64,000 nucleotides of DNA from Takakia lepidozioides (lineage: Eukaryota; Plantae; Bryophyta). Under the pieces are notes generated by a model. It searched no databases. It worked only from the letters and a program-made list of their open reading frames with translations, and had not been told where the DNA came from. The stretch lies in contig CM060734.1 in assembly GCA_030704615.1 (NCBI GenBank), positions 30,938,001 to 31,002,000 on the forward strand. The letters are read 5' to 3'. How positions within the stretch are numbered: the stretch's first letter is position 1; every line of letters starts with the position of its first letter. The position numbers and the translations under genes were made by a program. Shown piece after piece: positions 37,922-54,800 of this stretch.

Positions 37922-40900
37922 ATGACGGCAGATGCATGGAAAGCGCATGCTGCGCTGGTACTGGTCCAGCTGAATTATGGAGGATATCATGTGATTGCAA
38001 AGGTGGCGTTGAGTGTGGGCATCAATCAATTGGTTTTCTGCGTGCTTCGTGATCTTGTGGCGTTGTGCATATTGGGGCCAATTGCTTATGTGCAGGAAAA
38101 GTGAGGATTTCTCCTGTCCATTGTAGGTTCGATTTTCATACCACGAGTAGTCTTGGTGGCGGAATGTACTTAGATACAGCTGCATAGAGCTGTTATCAAA
38201 TCAGAAGGGTGCGTCACCAAGCACCAAGAAAGGATTGAATGTCTTCATTGTTTATCATTTGCTATTTGGCCTGCTAGTTGGCTGCGCAGTTTCCTCTGGT
38301 GTAAGGTAAGAAGAGAATCAAAACAACAAAACAAGGAGATAAAGTGGCCTTATTCTGCAAATCAAATTTAACTATGATGTATATTGTGTCTTTATCATTT
38401 ACCATATGTCACAACCCTCGCAATACATAACAGAATTGCCAGGGGGTTCTCTGGTAAATCATTATGGGTTTTTCCATCAGTTGCACATGCTTGTGAGTGG
38501 GCTTCTTTTTCACATGCAAGCACCAAATGCATCACTTTGTTTTTATGTCCCAATTGCAGGAGGAGCCGTCCACCGCTTACAGGCTATTTCCTTTTGTCAT
38601 TCTTTTTCCTTGGGTTGACAGGGTAAGTGTTGCGGTTGTGGTTCTATTGAGCTTGTAAGTCTGAGGGCAAGTTGGACAATTCCATTTTAGATTCTGTAAT
38701 GTCTGCAGTCAGGCGTTATGCACACCAAGCTGGAAACCTGCAATGCTTTTCCTTTGTGGCCCGCATCTATGTGGCTTCCAGTGCAGTGGCAATCTTATCA
38801 CGGTTTCCACAACAATAAGTTAAGTAGACGATCATATATAGAAAATTGACATGCTGGCATGACACCACAGGATTTTTGGGAATCAGCTGCTCTTTCTGGT
38901 TGGCCTCAACCTCACGACCCCTGCGTATGCAGCAGCATTGCAGCCCGCCATCCCTGTCTTCACATTTCTATTGGCACTGGCTTTTGGGTCAGTTTTACCT
39001 TTCTTCATTGGCATGGTGTTAGCTTCTCTTTCAATAGCAATGTCCATCGCTGGCCTAATTTTTAGGAGAAGCAGGCTGTTGAGCCTGCAATTCTGATGTA
39101 AATGGTGTGGGGTATTGGGGTCTACAGCACAGAGACTGTGAATTGGCAGAGGGCACATGGCAAGGCTAAAGTGGGTGGGGTTCTACTATCTGTGGTTGGT
39201 GCACTGGTCATGGCGATCTACAAGGGCCCTGTCCTTGTTGGGGATGGTTTCTCTGATCTGCACCTGCAAGGTATGGCTGTGGGCGGCAAGCCAGCCCCAG
39301 AGCCTGTTGGTTGGCTGGCCACTGTTCTCATCGATCTGGGTCTTGATATGTGGCACATTGGCGTGATCTGCCTGATTGGCAATTGTTTTTGCATGGCCAT
39401 GTACATTGCTTTTCAGGTAACCCACCTTACCTCTTGGAATGCCATCACATGTCCACAACACAAGTATTGAATGTGAACAAGGAGCCCGTAGTCTGTAGCT
39501 GTGTGAAAAGGCAACTCTTGAGACAGTGCTGACTCAGTTATCGGGCTCTCTGGCAAGGTATACTTCTTATAACTTGGGCTATCATCTATCGCTTTGTGGA
39601 GACCACCTTGAATCTAGGAACTAGCTTGAATGAGGGGAAACACTAGCACAGTCAAGTTACTCATAAGAAAACTAACCAGGACAACCCCGCTGGCTGAACT
39701 AACTACTCTGACAAACGTAGGTATATAATGTGCTGTCCTAAATGTTGTTGTGGGTGCAGTTCTAGAAATGCAACATACTTAATTAAAGTCTTTCTCTTTG
39801 GAGGTTAGGCATTGGCAGGTTACTTACCGTACAATTCAGGGTGGCCTCTAAGAAGTACTGCCTGTGCGGAGAATGTAGGGTGAGTTTTTTGTTGATTAGC
39901 AACACACTTGGGTAGGCAGCTGGTTGGGTTGCTGTAGTTTGGAAGCCTCATGGTTTCCTCTAGTGGGGGTCTTCCTTGGAAGGTAGGAGTCCGTTCAAGC
40001 AGGGCAGGGTGTGATGGATGTGCCTTTCCTTGTTAATGAATGCAGGCTCCTCTGCTGGCCAAGTATCCAGCAGGTTTGTCTTTAACAGCATATTCCTACC
40101 TCTTTGGGGCCAGCATGATGGCGCTCACTGGCTGCTTTGCTGCCAATGAACCTTCAGATTGGAGCTTGACCCACTCAGAAATTTTCTCTGTCCTCTACTC
40201 TGTAAGGACTCTTCTGTGCAAGTGCTCATATGGCTTCAGTTATTTGGTGTGCTTACCTGCATTTGACACCTTGAGTCTACCTTCTGTAAACATGTCTTAA
40301 CCTTTCTGAAGAGTACCATGACATGTGTTGGCAGGGGATTGTGGCATCTGCTCTTAATTATGGGCTGCTGACATGGTCAAACAAGATGTTGGGACCTTCT
40401 CTAGTTGCGTTGTATATGCCTCTCCAGATTCTCGCTTCATCCATCCTTTCTCGCATCTTTCTGGGAAGCTCCCTTTATTTAGGAACGTAAGTTGTGCTTG
40501 CCACTTGACATTTTGTATTCTGCTCCGTTGTGGTGGACTTCCACAAATTGTCTGGCATGTGACTGTATTTTTTGGATACCAGCATTTAGGAATGCCACAC
40601 ATGATGGCTGTTTCTTGCATTTATGCATACCTTAAGACATCATAGTCTTTGGATATAGTTCTGAGCTAGTGGCTCTCGTTTTCCTTTTTTCCCCTCCTTC
40701 TATGGGCTTATCTACACCTAAAAGCCTCAATAGACATGTAGGGTGTTGACTTTACGTCCAAAATGTTATGAAAACTGCTCTTCAGACGAGCTTTTCTTGA
40801 GGTTCGGACTGTGCAGGGCCTAGTATGTCATGACCTGATTTCTGTGTATGTAGTTTTCTGCTCCAGGTCCTGATTGGCACTGTTAGAGCTTATGAGCATG

Positions 40901-41589
40901 TACACCTGTTGTGCATGTGTGAGAGGATCCACATACCGAACTTGTTCAGTGTGCAGAAACAAATGAGCAGATGGAAAGTGGATAAATGAATAGAGGGTGG
41001 CAAGGTTTTATTGGCCAATGGAGCATGACGAAGGCTGAGGTCTCTTAAGCCTTGTACAGGACATATGCCACAAAAGTTTGGACACTGAGCCGGCAGTGCA
41101 GTACGAGAAGCCGGATCACAAGTTTATTTTGTCATGCTGCCAGACTAGAGCTTCCTTTACTGGCCCATCTGGCTGAGTTCACATGGTGTGCACATTTGTA
41201 TGTAGCTAAGATGTTCATGCATGAGTCTACATGTATGTGTTGCATATGTTCTGAAAGCATACTTAGCTCTACAGATGTTCCTGGATGGAAGGCCAAGTCT
41301 ACAACACTTCCAGCATGCATTTTCCCTATGTTGACCGTTTTCAGTGGGGTGCAGTGTCATTGGTGCAGGGTTCATAGTGGCAGGTCTGTACACAGTCACG
41401 TGGGGCCGACAAGACGGAGAGCGGCCTTCAGTGTCATCATACCGAAAGATGCCAAGCATGCCTGATCACCCCAGGGGAGGGTCAGTGTTTGGTGTCTGCG
41501 ACCCCCAACTCAAGGTGCTCTCTCAAAGAGGGCCTTCAAATTCCACAGGCCCTCTGCCTCTTTCTCGCACTTGGGCAGCCCTTGAGTAG
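37922..41589 (+). CDS. WAT1-related/UMAMIT (EamA) transporter
   Basis: Exons 37922-38100, 38560-38622, 38871-38987, 39128-39416, 40046-40201, 40335-40486, 41355-41589. Motifs [46 protein letters not shown]. Confidence 0.95.
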
Positions 41590-44052
41590 AGATCTGGTCA
41601 AGCTCAACTGGCAGGTTTCCCAGCATCCACACTGTGGAAGGCAGGGCTTGAGATTTTGTTTTCATGATTCTCATCCCTTTGAACAACACTGACACTTGCT
41701 GTACATGGTGTTACCCTTGACATTGACACCAGAGAGCAAGCCAATCGCAGTAATGCATGTGTCTGCTTATCCCAAGCAAGTCATATGTAAATGCTGTGAG
41801 GGTGGGTTGGGTTGAGTTTCTCCCAACATTGCGACCACAAATGTTTGCAGCACATCTCAGTGTGGAGAGTGTCCACAATTAGCTGCTCTTCAAGTGTCTT
41901 TCTAGAAGAAATCAATCTGGGAAGGGATGTTTATGAAACTTATCATTTCATGGACAGCTTAAAAGTAACAACAAGCTCATTATGGGATTGAGATGATTAC
42001 TGGGACTGACTTCTTCTGAATGTGCAGAGTTCTAATGTGCCATCTGAAATAGTTTACTCGATTAAAATTTGGATGATTGGACAACCTTAGAGCTCCAATG
42101 TAGTCGTGAATTCTGCTTTGCTTCTGTATTTGACACTGCTTTAATAAGGACTTAACATTGAATGAATACTTGGGAGCCTTGGTTGATGTACCATTGGAAC
42201 ATTTTTGGCATTCTCGTCATGCTCAAGCCTGGAAATCAGATGTACTTGCAGTACCTCCTTTTTCAATGGCTGCCTGCAGAAACAAACTAGAATGACGGTT
42301 AACGTACATGAAGGTAGTTTATAAAACACTGTCGTTGTCAAATGTGGATGTTCTCTAGAAATGACAGAATATATTGAATAGGTTTCAAACATGTGAATGT
42401 GGCAGTGACCAACAGAGGACTTCCGGCTGGCCACTTATTTGTATACGGGGGTCATTCTACTGTAGTGCTGTCCTGTCTTCTCATCTTGTATTTTTCTGTT
42501 TCAGTTTTCTCCTCATTTATGTGTGCTTACTTTGAAGTATCTCAAGGTCCCTATTTAGTTCATCTTATGTATTCTGTTAATAAATGGTCTTGATTGCTAA
42601 CGTTTTCTTGGCCAATGCTACCCGCTACACTTCAGAAGAGTGAGTGAAACCCAGCATGTTCGCATCCACTAGCAGGAGCTGATGTAGCCGGTTGGGAGTC
42701 TTTTAAGATCTTTGCTATTCCAGACAGACATCGGTGAATTTTCTTATGCTCCACGATGGATTCTGTTTTATTGTAGACTTCTTTATTAGTTGCTTTGTAC
42801 TTTGTTTGCAATGGTCATCGTGCTTGTCTTGGTTTGTTTCCCGACAGCTTCACACATTTTTCTTGCAGAAAGCTTATTTCTATTCACCTTGGTTGGTTTT
42901 CTTTCATTCCAACGGATGTCCGAAATTTCTTCCACATACTTGAATATCTGGTGTTCTGTGGGCTTCGAATGTTACAAAGCATCTTAGCAGCGGTGTTGTA
43001 CCAGTGGGATCTGTGTCCAAATTTTCAGCTGATCGCTGTGCGGCTACCACACGACATACCAGACTTCGCAGAGGCTTTGTGACTGACATTGTGGCTTAAT
43101 CTCACGGTGTATATGAGTTGTTGACAGCCCCCAACAGCATCTTTGGGTAGCCCTCACACAACACAGCCATCCAATGCACATGTATCCGAGCACTTTCGCA
43201 AACCCTTTCAGTTACAAGTGTGCTCAATGCTTTGCAAATACCTCATCTGCCTCTTTCCTCTTGGAAGCAGCTCTATTTGTCACCACACCAAGTGCATGCT
43301 GCAGGACACTGAAATTATAATGTCTTTTTATTCTATTTTTATTTATGTTATTGTCTATGGAAAAAATCCATATTTTTTTGGAAAAGAAATGGATTCTGAA
43401 AAACAAAATGATAATGGGGACATTTTACTATTATTATTATAAATTGGAAAATCCTATAAATTAATTTTTGTCTTAAATCAAATAAATAAATGACTAACTA
43501 ATTTGTACCAGTCATGCCTTTAGTTGATTATGTGCATTTTTTTTCTTTTTGTTTTTTTTCAACCATGGATTGCCATCTACAAGACACCTACGTCTGTAGA
43601 TGGTCAATTGGAGAAGCTGGAAGCAATTAAGTCTAAGTATCATGAGACGCCCCTGTGAGATGGAGGATTGGATAGCTGTGAGTTTCTTTCCCACATTAGC
43701 AAGGCTGGCTCTTTCCATAGGCGTTTTTCTATAAGTCGTACAAACATTACGATGCTCCAGACGCATGTGTTGTTGACATGAACCTGGGACCATAGTAATC
43801 TTTCACTACAGCACTTTTTTATCATGGGTTTGGCTTCTCTGGTAGCTCGTAGTGGTTTTGACATGTCATAGTACAGTGGTGGCAAGCAAATGTCCAAAAA
43901 GCAGAAATTCGGCAGAAGGGAGGAACTACTATCCTTCAAAACCCCAGTCGGGGGTGGGGCAATCGATCCAAGAAGGTGCATGGCTGTCATGTTACAGCAG
44001 AAGCAGACAACAAAAAGACTATTGAAACTTCCTCGGAGATTAATGACAGCAC

Positions 44053-44087
<35 letters not shown>

Positions 44088-45472
44088 CCCCCTTTCTCCC
44101 CAACGATGTGACTAGCAATTAATGTCTTCATTTGACTTCTCCCTCCTCTGCTTCAGGCCACCCCATGAGTCATCAAAAGCCTTGAGAAGTTGCGCCTTCC
44201 TTTCAGAGCACCTGCACAGAGTTGAGGAGGAGAAGCGGTGGAGGCTTCCACAAAGGTGAAAGATAGGGAAGGATCCACTTTTGCGTTGGAGTTCCCAGAG
44301 AGGCCCGACAAGCTTATGGGCTCATCAACGAGCATGGGGAAGGCATCAGTCCCCAGTTTATTTGAGTTGGAGCAAATGATGGCGCCGATAATCATCATAC
44401 CAGCACAGAAGAGCATCATGGATTTAACCAGACAATCAAGAATGACATCATTAACAAAAAAACCGTTAGCCCAAACCATGTCTAATTTGTTGCTAAATTC
44501 TTACGTCTTATATCTGCACCTCCAATGGCAGAAAGCACAAGTTTTAGGAGTCAGATGAAACTGTTACATCTTTTGGGACAGGAGATCTCTGATCTTTCTG
44601 AGATAATTAGGTCCGCCTCTTTGTCATTAAACACCTTAGCTTCTTGCTCAGAAACCCAAGAACTTAGAAACCCATTAGAACCAACAGTCAGCAAGAACGT
44701 AGGTTCATCATCGTGCACAACATAAATCAGGGGGGATAACCATGATAGCAACCTTGTTTTTCCTAACCCCTGAATCTGGATTCCAATCAGAGAGAGAGAT
44801 ATTAGCAAAGGAACATAAGGAAAGACAATTCAGTGCCAAGTTTGGAAATTCTCGCTCGAAATAGAAAAGAAAGACCGGAAGGTGGCTGGGCGGGGGCGCG
44901 CAGGAAGAACCGTTGGGATGGAGATTGTACGAGACCTAGTATCACGCACCTCACTTCGGTAGACTCCCCTTCAAGTCATAGTTACTCGTTTTGATGCGCG
45001 CACCTACTCCCAAACTGGCCACCAGGTCAACTTGGAGCTTCGGCTGCTCAACATAACATAACGGTCCTGGCCGCTCCCCCAAACAACCCTCGACTACTCG
45101 GGCTGATTGGAAATTCCCTTTAGTTATAGGCAGTCCGGAAAAGCTCCCCAGACTTTGGTCGCTTTCCGGCTCGCTAGTTTGTTCACTAGCTTTTGGTCAC
45201 TTAACGGGCTTGCACCGTTCTCGGGGTTACTACTCCCTATATATACTTGTCGGCGGGTGTTTCACAAATAGCCCATGTCTTTTCTGGCGCACCACCACGG
45301 TGACCCTAGACTCCATGTGATGAGTCACGGTGAGTCTTGGCCCACCCACCACGGCCCCAATGGACCGTGGTGAGCCCCAAGACTCCCCACACAAAAGCCT
45401 CAGCCTCATGGTGAACCATATGCCACCCCCAATGCAACTCCCTGTGCTACGACCACCCCACTAGAAGCCCCC

Positions 45473-45503
45473 ACCGCAACCCGGTTTGCGGGGCTCTACC
45501 TAG
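45473..45503 (+). mobile_element. Helitron-like 3' terminus
   Basis: GC-rich hairpin ccgcaa-cccggt-ttgcgg followed about 10 nt later by CTAG|T. 5' end not identified. Confidence 0.5.
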
Positions 45504-47471
45504 TAAGTACCTACACTCTCTGGAGTGCCTTCGGCACTCAAGGGTCGTTCGGATTGAGCATCTAGGCTTAGAAGGCGGCCTGAAGCACCACCTTTGTCAT
45601 TCGAATATGGGTCATGGTTTTTTCTCTATCTCATTTGTCTCCCAAGAGGACGCAACAAAAGCACTACTACAATACCAAGAAGTCTCGCTGCAAGGTCCAT
45701 TTTTTCCCTTTGACGCCAAACTGAGGACACATGGAAGGTGTTACATGTAGGCCAACAATGTCGGCCCTTCCCTTTCTTCCAAGCAGCTACCTTCGCCGAG
45801 ATCACGACTCACTTTAGCGTCCACATGGGTTGTATCAATATTTTTGAACCCGAGAACACTTTGGTGTTCAGTGTGGACTCTGATGTTGATTACCGAGACC
45901 TTAATAGTGACAACAGGGTTCCTAAGATCATTGTCATGATGCCGAAAGATGTGACCATTTGTTGTTGTATTAAACTGCCAATGTTGGGTGGGTTGTTTAT
46001 AGTACTGGTCCGGTTTTAATGGAAATTATAAAAGATTGAAACAAACTCTTACCACCATTAGTAAGGATTTGTGAGGAACAATACTTTGTAGTTTCAATGT
46101 GAAATTAGTGGTTCAGAAACTCAATAAATAAACACTTTGTCGGACACTGGCACTCCCAGACACATTTATATATACATTCATATCTTAAGCATTGAAAACA
46201 TGATAGCAGAATGGAATTATTCACTGCGGATATAAAAATGCATTGATAGGATGGCTGTCAAGGAATATTCTTCAAGCATTGTGTGTTTTGGTTGTAACGG
46301 TGAAGGCCACATAAGGCTGATTGTCCTCACTAGAGCGGAGGTCTCCGACTCTACCATCCTTGCCCTAGTCACCGTCGCATGGTGGTCTCTGCTTCTCCTT
46401 TGGTTTCTGTTGCCGTAAGGGTCTCGACAGCCCCCCCCCCCCCACCTCTTATGCCCTTGCTCATGATCCCAAGAAGGCCAAAACTCTGCATCCATCCCCG
46501 GTATTCGAGTCGGTCTCTCCCGTGGTGTCCAGTGATACGCCCAGACTGATGTTGCCCCCTAGGTGTCGCAGCCATTTGCCTTGAGGGCAGGGGGTCGGGG
46601 CACAAGAGGGGTTGTTCCTGTGGTGGGGCAGTGGCTGTCGTGGCCCCTTGTCTTGAGGGCAGGTGGTCGGGACAAAAGAGGGGCTGCCCTTGTGGTGGGG
46701 ACAGCAGCAACATCGGGAAATATGGGTTACGTATCCGGGAAAGTGAATGAGAATGTCGTTGGAGGGAACTTCCTGATGCGATTGAATCAAATCCATGTTG
46801 AGCTCAAGAATAGGCTGGGATTCAGAGATCGGAGCCGCCGATTTTTGCCATACCACCAAGTCAGCGTTAGAATAGAGGGGGGAGGGAGCTGATTGGGGTC
46901 CCTTGCCCAATATAGAGGCAGCGGAATCAGAGAATTGGCCTCTACGAGACGACCAGCTACGAGGCTTCATTTTACTCGCAGGAGGACCGGAGCGTTTCCT
47001 CTGAGCGAGGTTCCCTCTGGCATACATGACGAGAGAAGAAAGAAAAGCAAATGAGTGGGAGAAAGTAAGGGGAATGCCAAGTAAAAGACAAGGAGGGGGA
47101 AGAGACAAGGTCATCTGCAAATATAAGAATGAGAGAGTGTTAGAAACCCCATGGCAGCCCCCATCTTCATAAGGAGGGAGGAAGAGCAGAGCGGCAACAT
47201 AGACAAATTGCTGCCAAAGTCGACCCGCTGGCTCAGAGTGCCTTCAAGGAAGTGAATTCGGGTCACACATCAAGATCGTGTTATGAAGAAGTAGTCTGGT
47301 AGCATGCGGCGACACCCGAAGAGCTGGGAAAAAAAAAGACGTTAGAACATGATGGCATAGAGAGAAGAGGGGACAACATATGCTCGCTACTTGCTTCCCC
47401 GGAAGAAGAGAAAAATCCAAAAAGGAGGAGCTAGGAGGTAGGTCATGGTCGTAGGTCTTTTTTTATTTTTA

Positions 47472-47710
47472 TTTTTAAAGGGAAATACCTGGGAGCAACA
47501 GCTCATAAATCAAGCCCCTTAATTACAGTGAGAGGAAAAAATAACCTCTTTCACAGTAACCTCGCCCCCTCACTGCTGTCCCATTTTGATGCCTTCATGG
47601 CGAGGTTACTTTGAAAGAGGTTATTTTCTCCTCATGCTATAACTAAGGAGCCTGAATTTGTGAGCTGTCGCTCGGCCAAGTGTTTCCCTTTAAAAAAAAA
47701 AAAAAAAAAA
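47472..47710. repeat. About 90-bp-arm inverted repeat formed by two opposed SINE-family-1-like 3' tails
   Basis: aaagggaaatacctgg...aataacctctttcacagtaacctcgcc pairs with ggcgaggttactttgaaagaggttatt...gtttcccttt. T-run on the left, A-run on the right. Confidence 0.8.
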
Positions 47711-48213
47711 ACTCGCGGTGAAGGCTTTGGCATGGGACACTGCCCAAGGGAAGGGGGAGAAGAGCATGATACCACACCCCTCCACGTAGCAGGAGGTGCA
47801 ATTTCAAGAGATTAATATATTGTCTCTCCTTTTATTTTTATTTTCGTTTTCTCAGGTTAATGGCCCCGGGAAAACTTAACTTGGAAATCTTCGTGCCCTT
47901 CCCCTGGAAAGGAAAATAAAAAGAAAATCATGGCGCACATGTCATGGATGCATAGATGCATGCGGTCATGCGGGCATGGAGGCATGGTGAGAGTGAGAGA
48001 GCACCCATCTGCGCACTCTTGTCTCGCACGTTCTACGACACTTGAATCCCTCGCTCTGCTCTTTTGTGCCCGCTCTCTCTCACATCGTCTGCCTACCAGG
48101 TTCTCCCACCCATATACGGTTTTCTCAGAAACCTTCTCTTGCCCCAGATTAAAGTGTGGTTGGTGGAGAATTCGGGAGGAGAGAGATCTCAGGCGGGATT
48201 GTAGACTGGCAAG

Positions 48214-50249
<2,036 letters not shown>

Positions 50250-51870
50250 TTTTGCTTACACACCCTACAAAGTGGGTGGTGGTGACTCATACGTATGAGA
50301 GAGACTCATAACTTGGGAGGCCAGCCGTTCTGGATGACTGCAAATAGAGAGGGCTTGTTGGCATTCAGACATCTTGGGAGCTGTGCTTACATAGATGGGC
50401 ATGGCAGGTGGGCCATTGCATCAACAAGCCGTGTTGGTTACAAATTTGTGAAAAGGGATGAACAGGGTAGGTTATTATTGGTCCATCTGCAGGTCTAGGT
50501 ATGTCTATACCTGCTGTCAGGAAGGCTCTTCTCATTATTTTGTACAGTTCAGTGTAACCCAATGTCTTTACACGCATGCACACACTGTTTCTCTTGGACA
50601 TTTGCATTTTAGCCATTATTCAAGGAACCTGGTGGTTGGTATTGAGAGATCGATGCTGCTTAAGCCAGGAGCTGGTAAAATGGGGAATACTAGCTCATTG
50701 TTTGGTTGACCCACCCACTTCATTGTGCTAATAGAGATGTTTGTTACGGGACTCCAATGCCAACAATTTACCTCTCTCTTGCTGAGTAGTATACTAGTCT
50801 TAATTTGAATTTCACAATCAAGTTGAGGATGCAACTGTCTCAATTTTGTAAAGCGAGTTGCAATGGAGATGCCCATTTTGGTTGAAGTTCAGAATGAAAG
50901 AGTTGGATTGATTGTCCAGGCCGAGCTGTTGGATGTCAGATCTGTGGAGGTTCTTAAAAACGTTTGGGGATTGTGTGCAGCTCAAGCCAAGGATAGTTTT
51001 GGCAATTAATGCTGCCATATGCCCCTGCCCATTGACCCCAAGTGGTGGTTTAAACATTGTTTGGTTGGACTTGACAGGTCCATTGACCTCCCTTTCATTA
51101 AGCTCCCTTTGGATCTAGCAGAGGTGATTCATCTACTGTCCCCAGTCAGAACTGAGAAACTACCAGTCACACCTCTCAGTACAGACTACAGACCACACTG
51201 AAGCTATTGGCATACCAGTTTGGAGATCTGAGTATGCTTGTACCATATGCAATGTCTGCTCTTACCTCATTCAATACCATCTCGCATGCTGATAACCATG
51301 AACTGTTGAACAAGAATGCATAGAGCCTTGGCTGCCCTTACTATTGTGTCAATGTGAGTGAAGAGAATTACTGTTGACATAGATTTTCAAGGGAAGGACT
51401 AAAAGACAGTCTGTACTAGGCTCTCTGGCAAACTATATCTCAACTGTTTAGTGCAGTGCAATGATCTATCTGTGATTGTGGTTGAAATGCATTTCTGGAA
51501 CAAATAGAGCCCCTTCACACAATGGGGGACCCATCGGTGTCCACAAGACAATTGCTGCTCAGAGTCAGTTCGCCCCTTGCCCAACAAGTGTGGCAGGACG
51601 GGATCCAGACTGTCTGTAAAATATGTGATTCGCTCACCTCGGGTTAAAGATCCGGTGAATACACACGACCTAAATTGGAAGTACGTATGAATGTAGAAAT
51701 ACTAGGGTGTGCGGGAGAGAGGGGATGTAAGGAGGGTTCGGAGAAGGAGCAGGAGTCACGGCGTTAGAGTTAGGAGATTAGGGAGCTTGGGGAGGGCTCT
51801 ACCTCAGCGCTCTGCCTCCCGGGAAGTTCAATTCTGGAAGTGAACAAGAATTGCACGCAATTATTGGAAG

Positions 51871-54800
51871 ATGAGGGGTACTTTGAATATTGCAGCGAAA
51901 ACTAGGAAGTTGGATGTAGACAACAGGCTTTCAATCAAGCTCTATTATCGCACAGCGGACAATCTATTGAAGCAGGTATTTGCTGTTTTGTGCGGTTGAG
52001 GGAAGTTGTACAATCGGTATGGTTCTTCTCGCAAGGATTCAGTCTCGACGTTGTTGTTGCTAACAGGGAGGCTTGGCTTGTGTCGTGCTTGGACAGGCTA
52101 GTATCTATCGGGAGGAAAAAAATGTCATAGATCTGTACATTCTTCTCCTTCGATTCTCCAGGTTTGTATATGGTTGTTTGTTTTTTGGAATTTTGTGTGA
52201 CAGTAGGCAATGGCGGGTTTCGGTCGCAGTTGTCTCATTACCCTTCGATTTTGTTGTCTTCGGCTGCTGCGTTATCCTTCGATGCTTGGATCTTCCAAAG
52301 CACTGCCAATGCATGATACGCAGCCCTGGACTACAGAAAGTGGAAGACATCGGAAGGAAATTCGCCCTGTTGCATTCAGTATTCAGGATGTGCTCGCAGT
52401 CCCATTGTGGCGGGCCAGAGCTCCCCACTTTGTGGAGTAGTAGAGCCGTTTGCTTCAATTGTGGTCGTCAGCATGAACGCTGATTTGCGGTGAATTATCC
52501 AATGTTTGCAGCTTGGTTTCTGAGACTATACCTGAGCATCGTGACTATCGACTCCATGGAGCGGCCAATGCAGAGTACAGGAAGGTATACCTTGCGCAAC
52601 CATTTAGGAAGTGTTTTCAGTTAGGGTTTGGTGATAGTTTTTAATGAACTGGCTTAGAAAACCTCAAAGATTCAGAGTTTGCGCAGGGGTTATAGCAGCC
52701 ATAAAGCCTTGGTCAGACCTATGTTCTGCGGAGTACATGACTCATATTCCTCCAGGTCCTTGAAACTCTGCTGGTGGCCTAGATCAGTTGTCTGTTTCTT
52801 GCTGACACAAAATCGTGCCAAGGTCAATGCTCGTGCAGTACCTAGAATGATTGACCTTCTGGTTTGTGGCTTGCCAGAAAATGTTCGAGGTTATTCCTGA
52901 GCTTGAAGCATTGAAGCCAGAAGTTCGGAAGCAGGTAGACCTAATCAACAATGCTTACCAGAAATCTTCTTCCTTGTCATACAACACATCATCAGATCTT
53001 GGAGTTGCTTGGCCTTCTTATCCAAGAAGCCATTCTTATGGTACCAATGACAACTACAAGGTACAGAATTACTGGTAGCTTTCCATCCTTCCATTTTTTG
53101 GTTGGCTTTCTGGATATGTCCAGGGAACATTAGCTATCTTGTAGATTAGGTCTTGCTACTTGCACATGTGGCAAAAACCAAAGGAGCAACCATTGACCAT
53201 ACTTGTGAATGTGTAGCCTTGTAGATCTCTCTAGTTCGTAGCTGGATTCTTTCAGAGAAGTTGAGGGTTATTATCTTCAGTATCTTGGGGGTGTTTCATG
53301 CCTTTTTGCCAACTCCATTTCACAAAGTTTTCTCTCATGTGACACCAAATGAGGACTCTATCCAAAAAGGTATAGTTCACCAATTCGTTAAGATATTTTA
53401 CTTCATTCTGCATCACATGTTCATCATGCTTGTAGGACTACATGCAGTTTGGGCACAGAAGTGCACGAGATCTCTTGACAAGGCCTGGTGATTCAGGGAG
53501 CCCAGTATTCAATTCTAGTCATGTTGAAGATCGACTGAACACTTTGTGAGTATGACTTCACCCTCGGTGGCAGGTAAAGATGGTCTCACAAGGCTTGTTA
53601 GTGATGCTGAATAAATATCTAAACGGGAGAATGCCTTACAAGTTCTTGTCATCATTTGGTCAAGTCCAAGCGGCTTTCCGTCGTTGAAGTGTCTGCACGT
53701 TGAAGCATGGCTGGTATGTACCTATGCTAGATGTTGGTACATACCCAGGAAAGGAAAGTCGGGTTTTGTGAAAGAATGAAAAAAATGAGAAAGGGGAGGT
53801 TAAGGTAGATATGTTTACTCCTGTCACTGCATTGTAGGGTTCCAGTAGTTGAGTTTGGAAATGTTCTATATGAGGAACAGGGCAAAGTTGCGGAGGCAAG
53901 AGTAGTGAAGGTTTGCAGTTTGCTCACTTGCAGATTCTGTAGGTGTATCTAGTAGCAAGCGTGCATGTTACTAAGTGTTTGAGCTTTCAATCCAACAAGG
54001 GCAAGTTAGGATTCTGATGATGACCGAATACTACAAAAGGTGACCAACATGCCTGGACATACTTCCAGCTGCATTGGTAAACACCCCAGCTGGGTATCTC
54101 ATGAAAGAAAGAACTTAGTTGTCAACACTGACCTCAATTAAAAAAACATAAACAAAAAGAGCAAACTAAACCATTGGACAGGCTTGCCAGTCTGGTTCAA
54201 GGGCAGACCTCCTTGCTCTGTACATGTTAAGCTAGTTGTAGTTCACAAGCAATGCTTTATATTTCTGTAGCTTGTGGCGTCGTGTATTGCACTGAGGTAG
54301 TGGTGGCTGTTTGCTTGCTCGTATCTTGCGGTAAGCTGTAGATTTACTAAGGTCTCTCTTGTTGATGGACTCACAGGGCTTTAAGTATACCACGACCAAG
54401 AGATGAGACATTGTCAAAGCACTCTTTTCTGGGTCCAGCTAACCCTTGGAATCGAAAGGAACCATCCCTCACACAAATTAAGGTATGTGAGGATATGCTA
54501 AATGTTGCTCTGCTAACAATCTCCTTGTCTTGGTGAGAAGTGCAGTTGTTTAGGCTGTGTGAAGAACTTATCACCTGCTTTACTCGTCTTCTTCTGAAAG
54601 CCATCTGATGGTGACTGCAGGTGCAGTACCCAAGCTACATTGACGCTTCACCTATTGAGATCCCAAGGTTTGTCCACTTTGCTAAAAGACATTCCTGTGC
54701 TCCTGAAAACTGTCATGTGAGATTGATTACTGGCTTCGTGTTATTGGAATTGTTGTTTGGAATCTAATGTGGGGTATGCTGGTCAATTGAGTTGAAGCCT

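Noticed and set aside
43640-47450. Protein-coding genes between WAT1 and RabB
   Set aside because: Only fragmentary low-complexity frames with a weak zinc-knuckle hint are present. These are probably decayed LINE ORF1 pieces but cannot be supported as a call.
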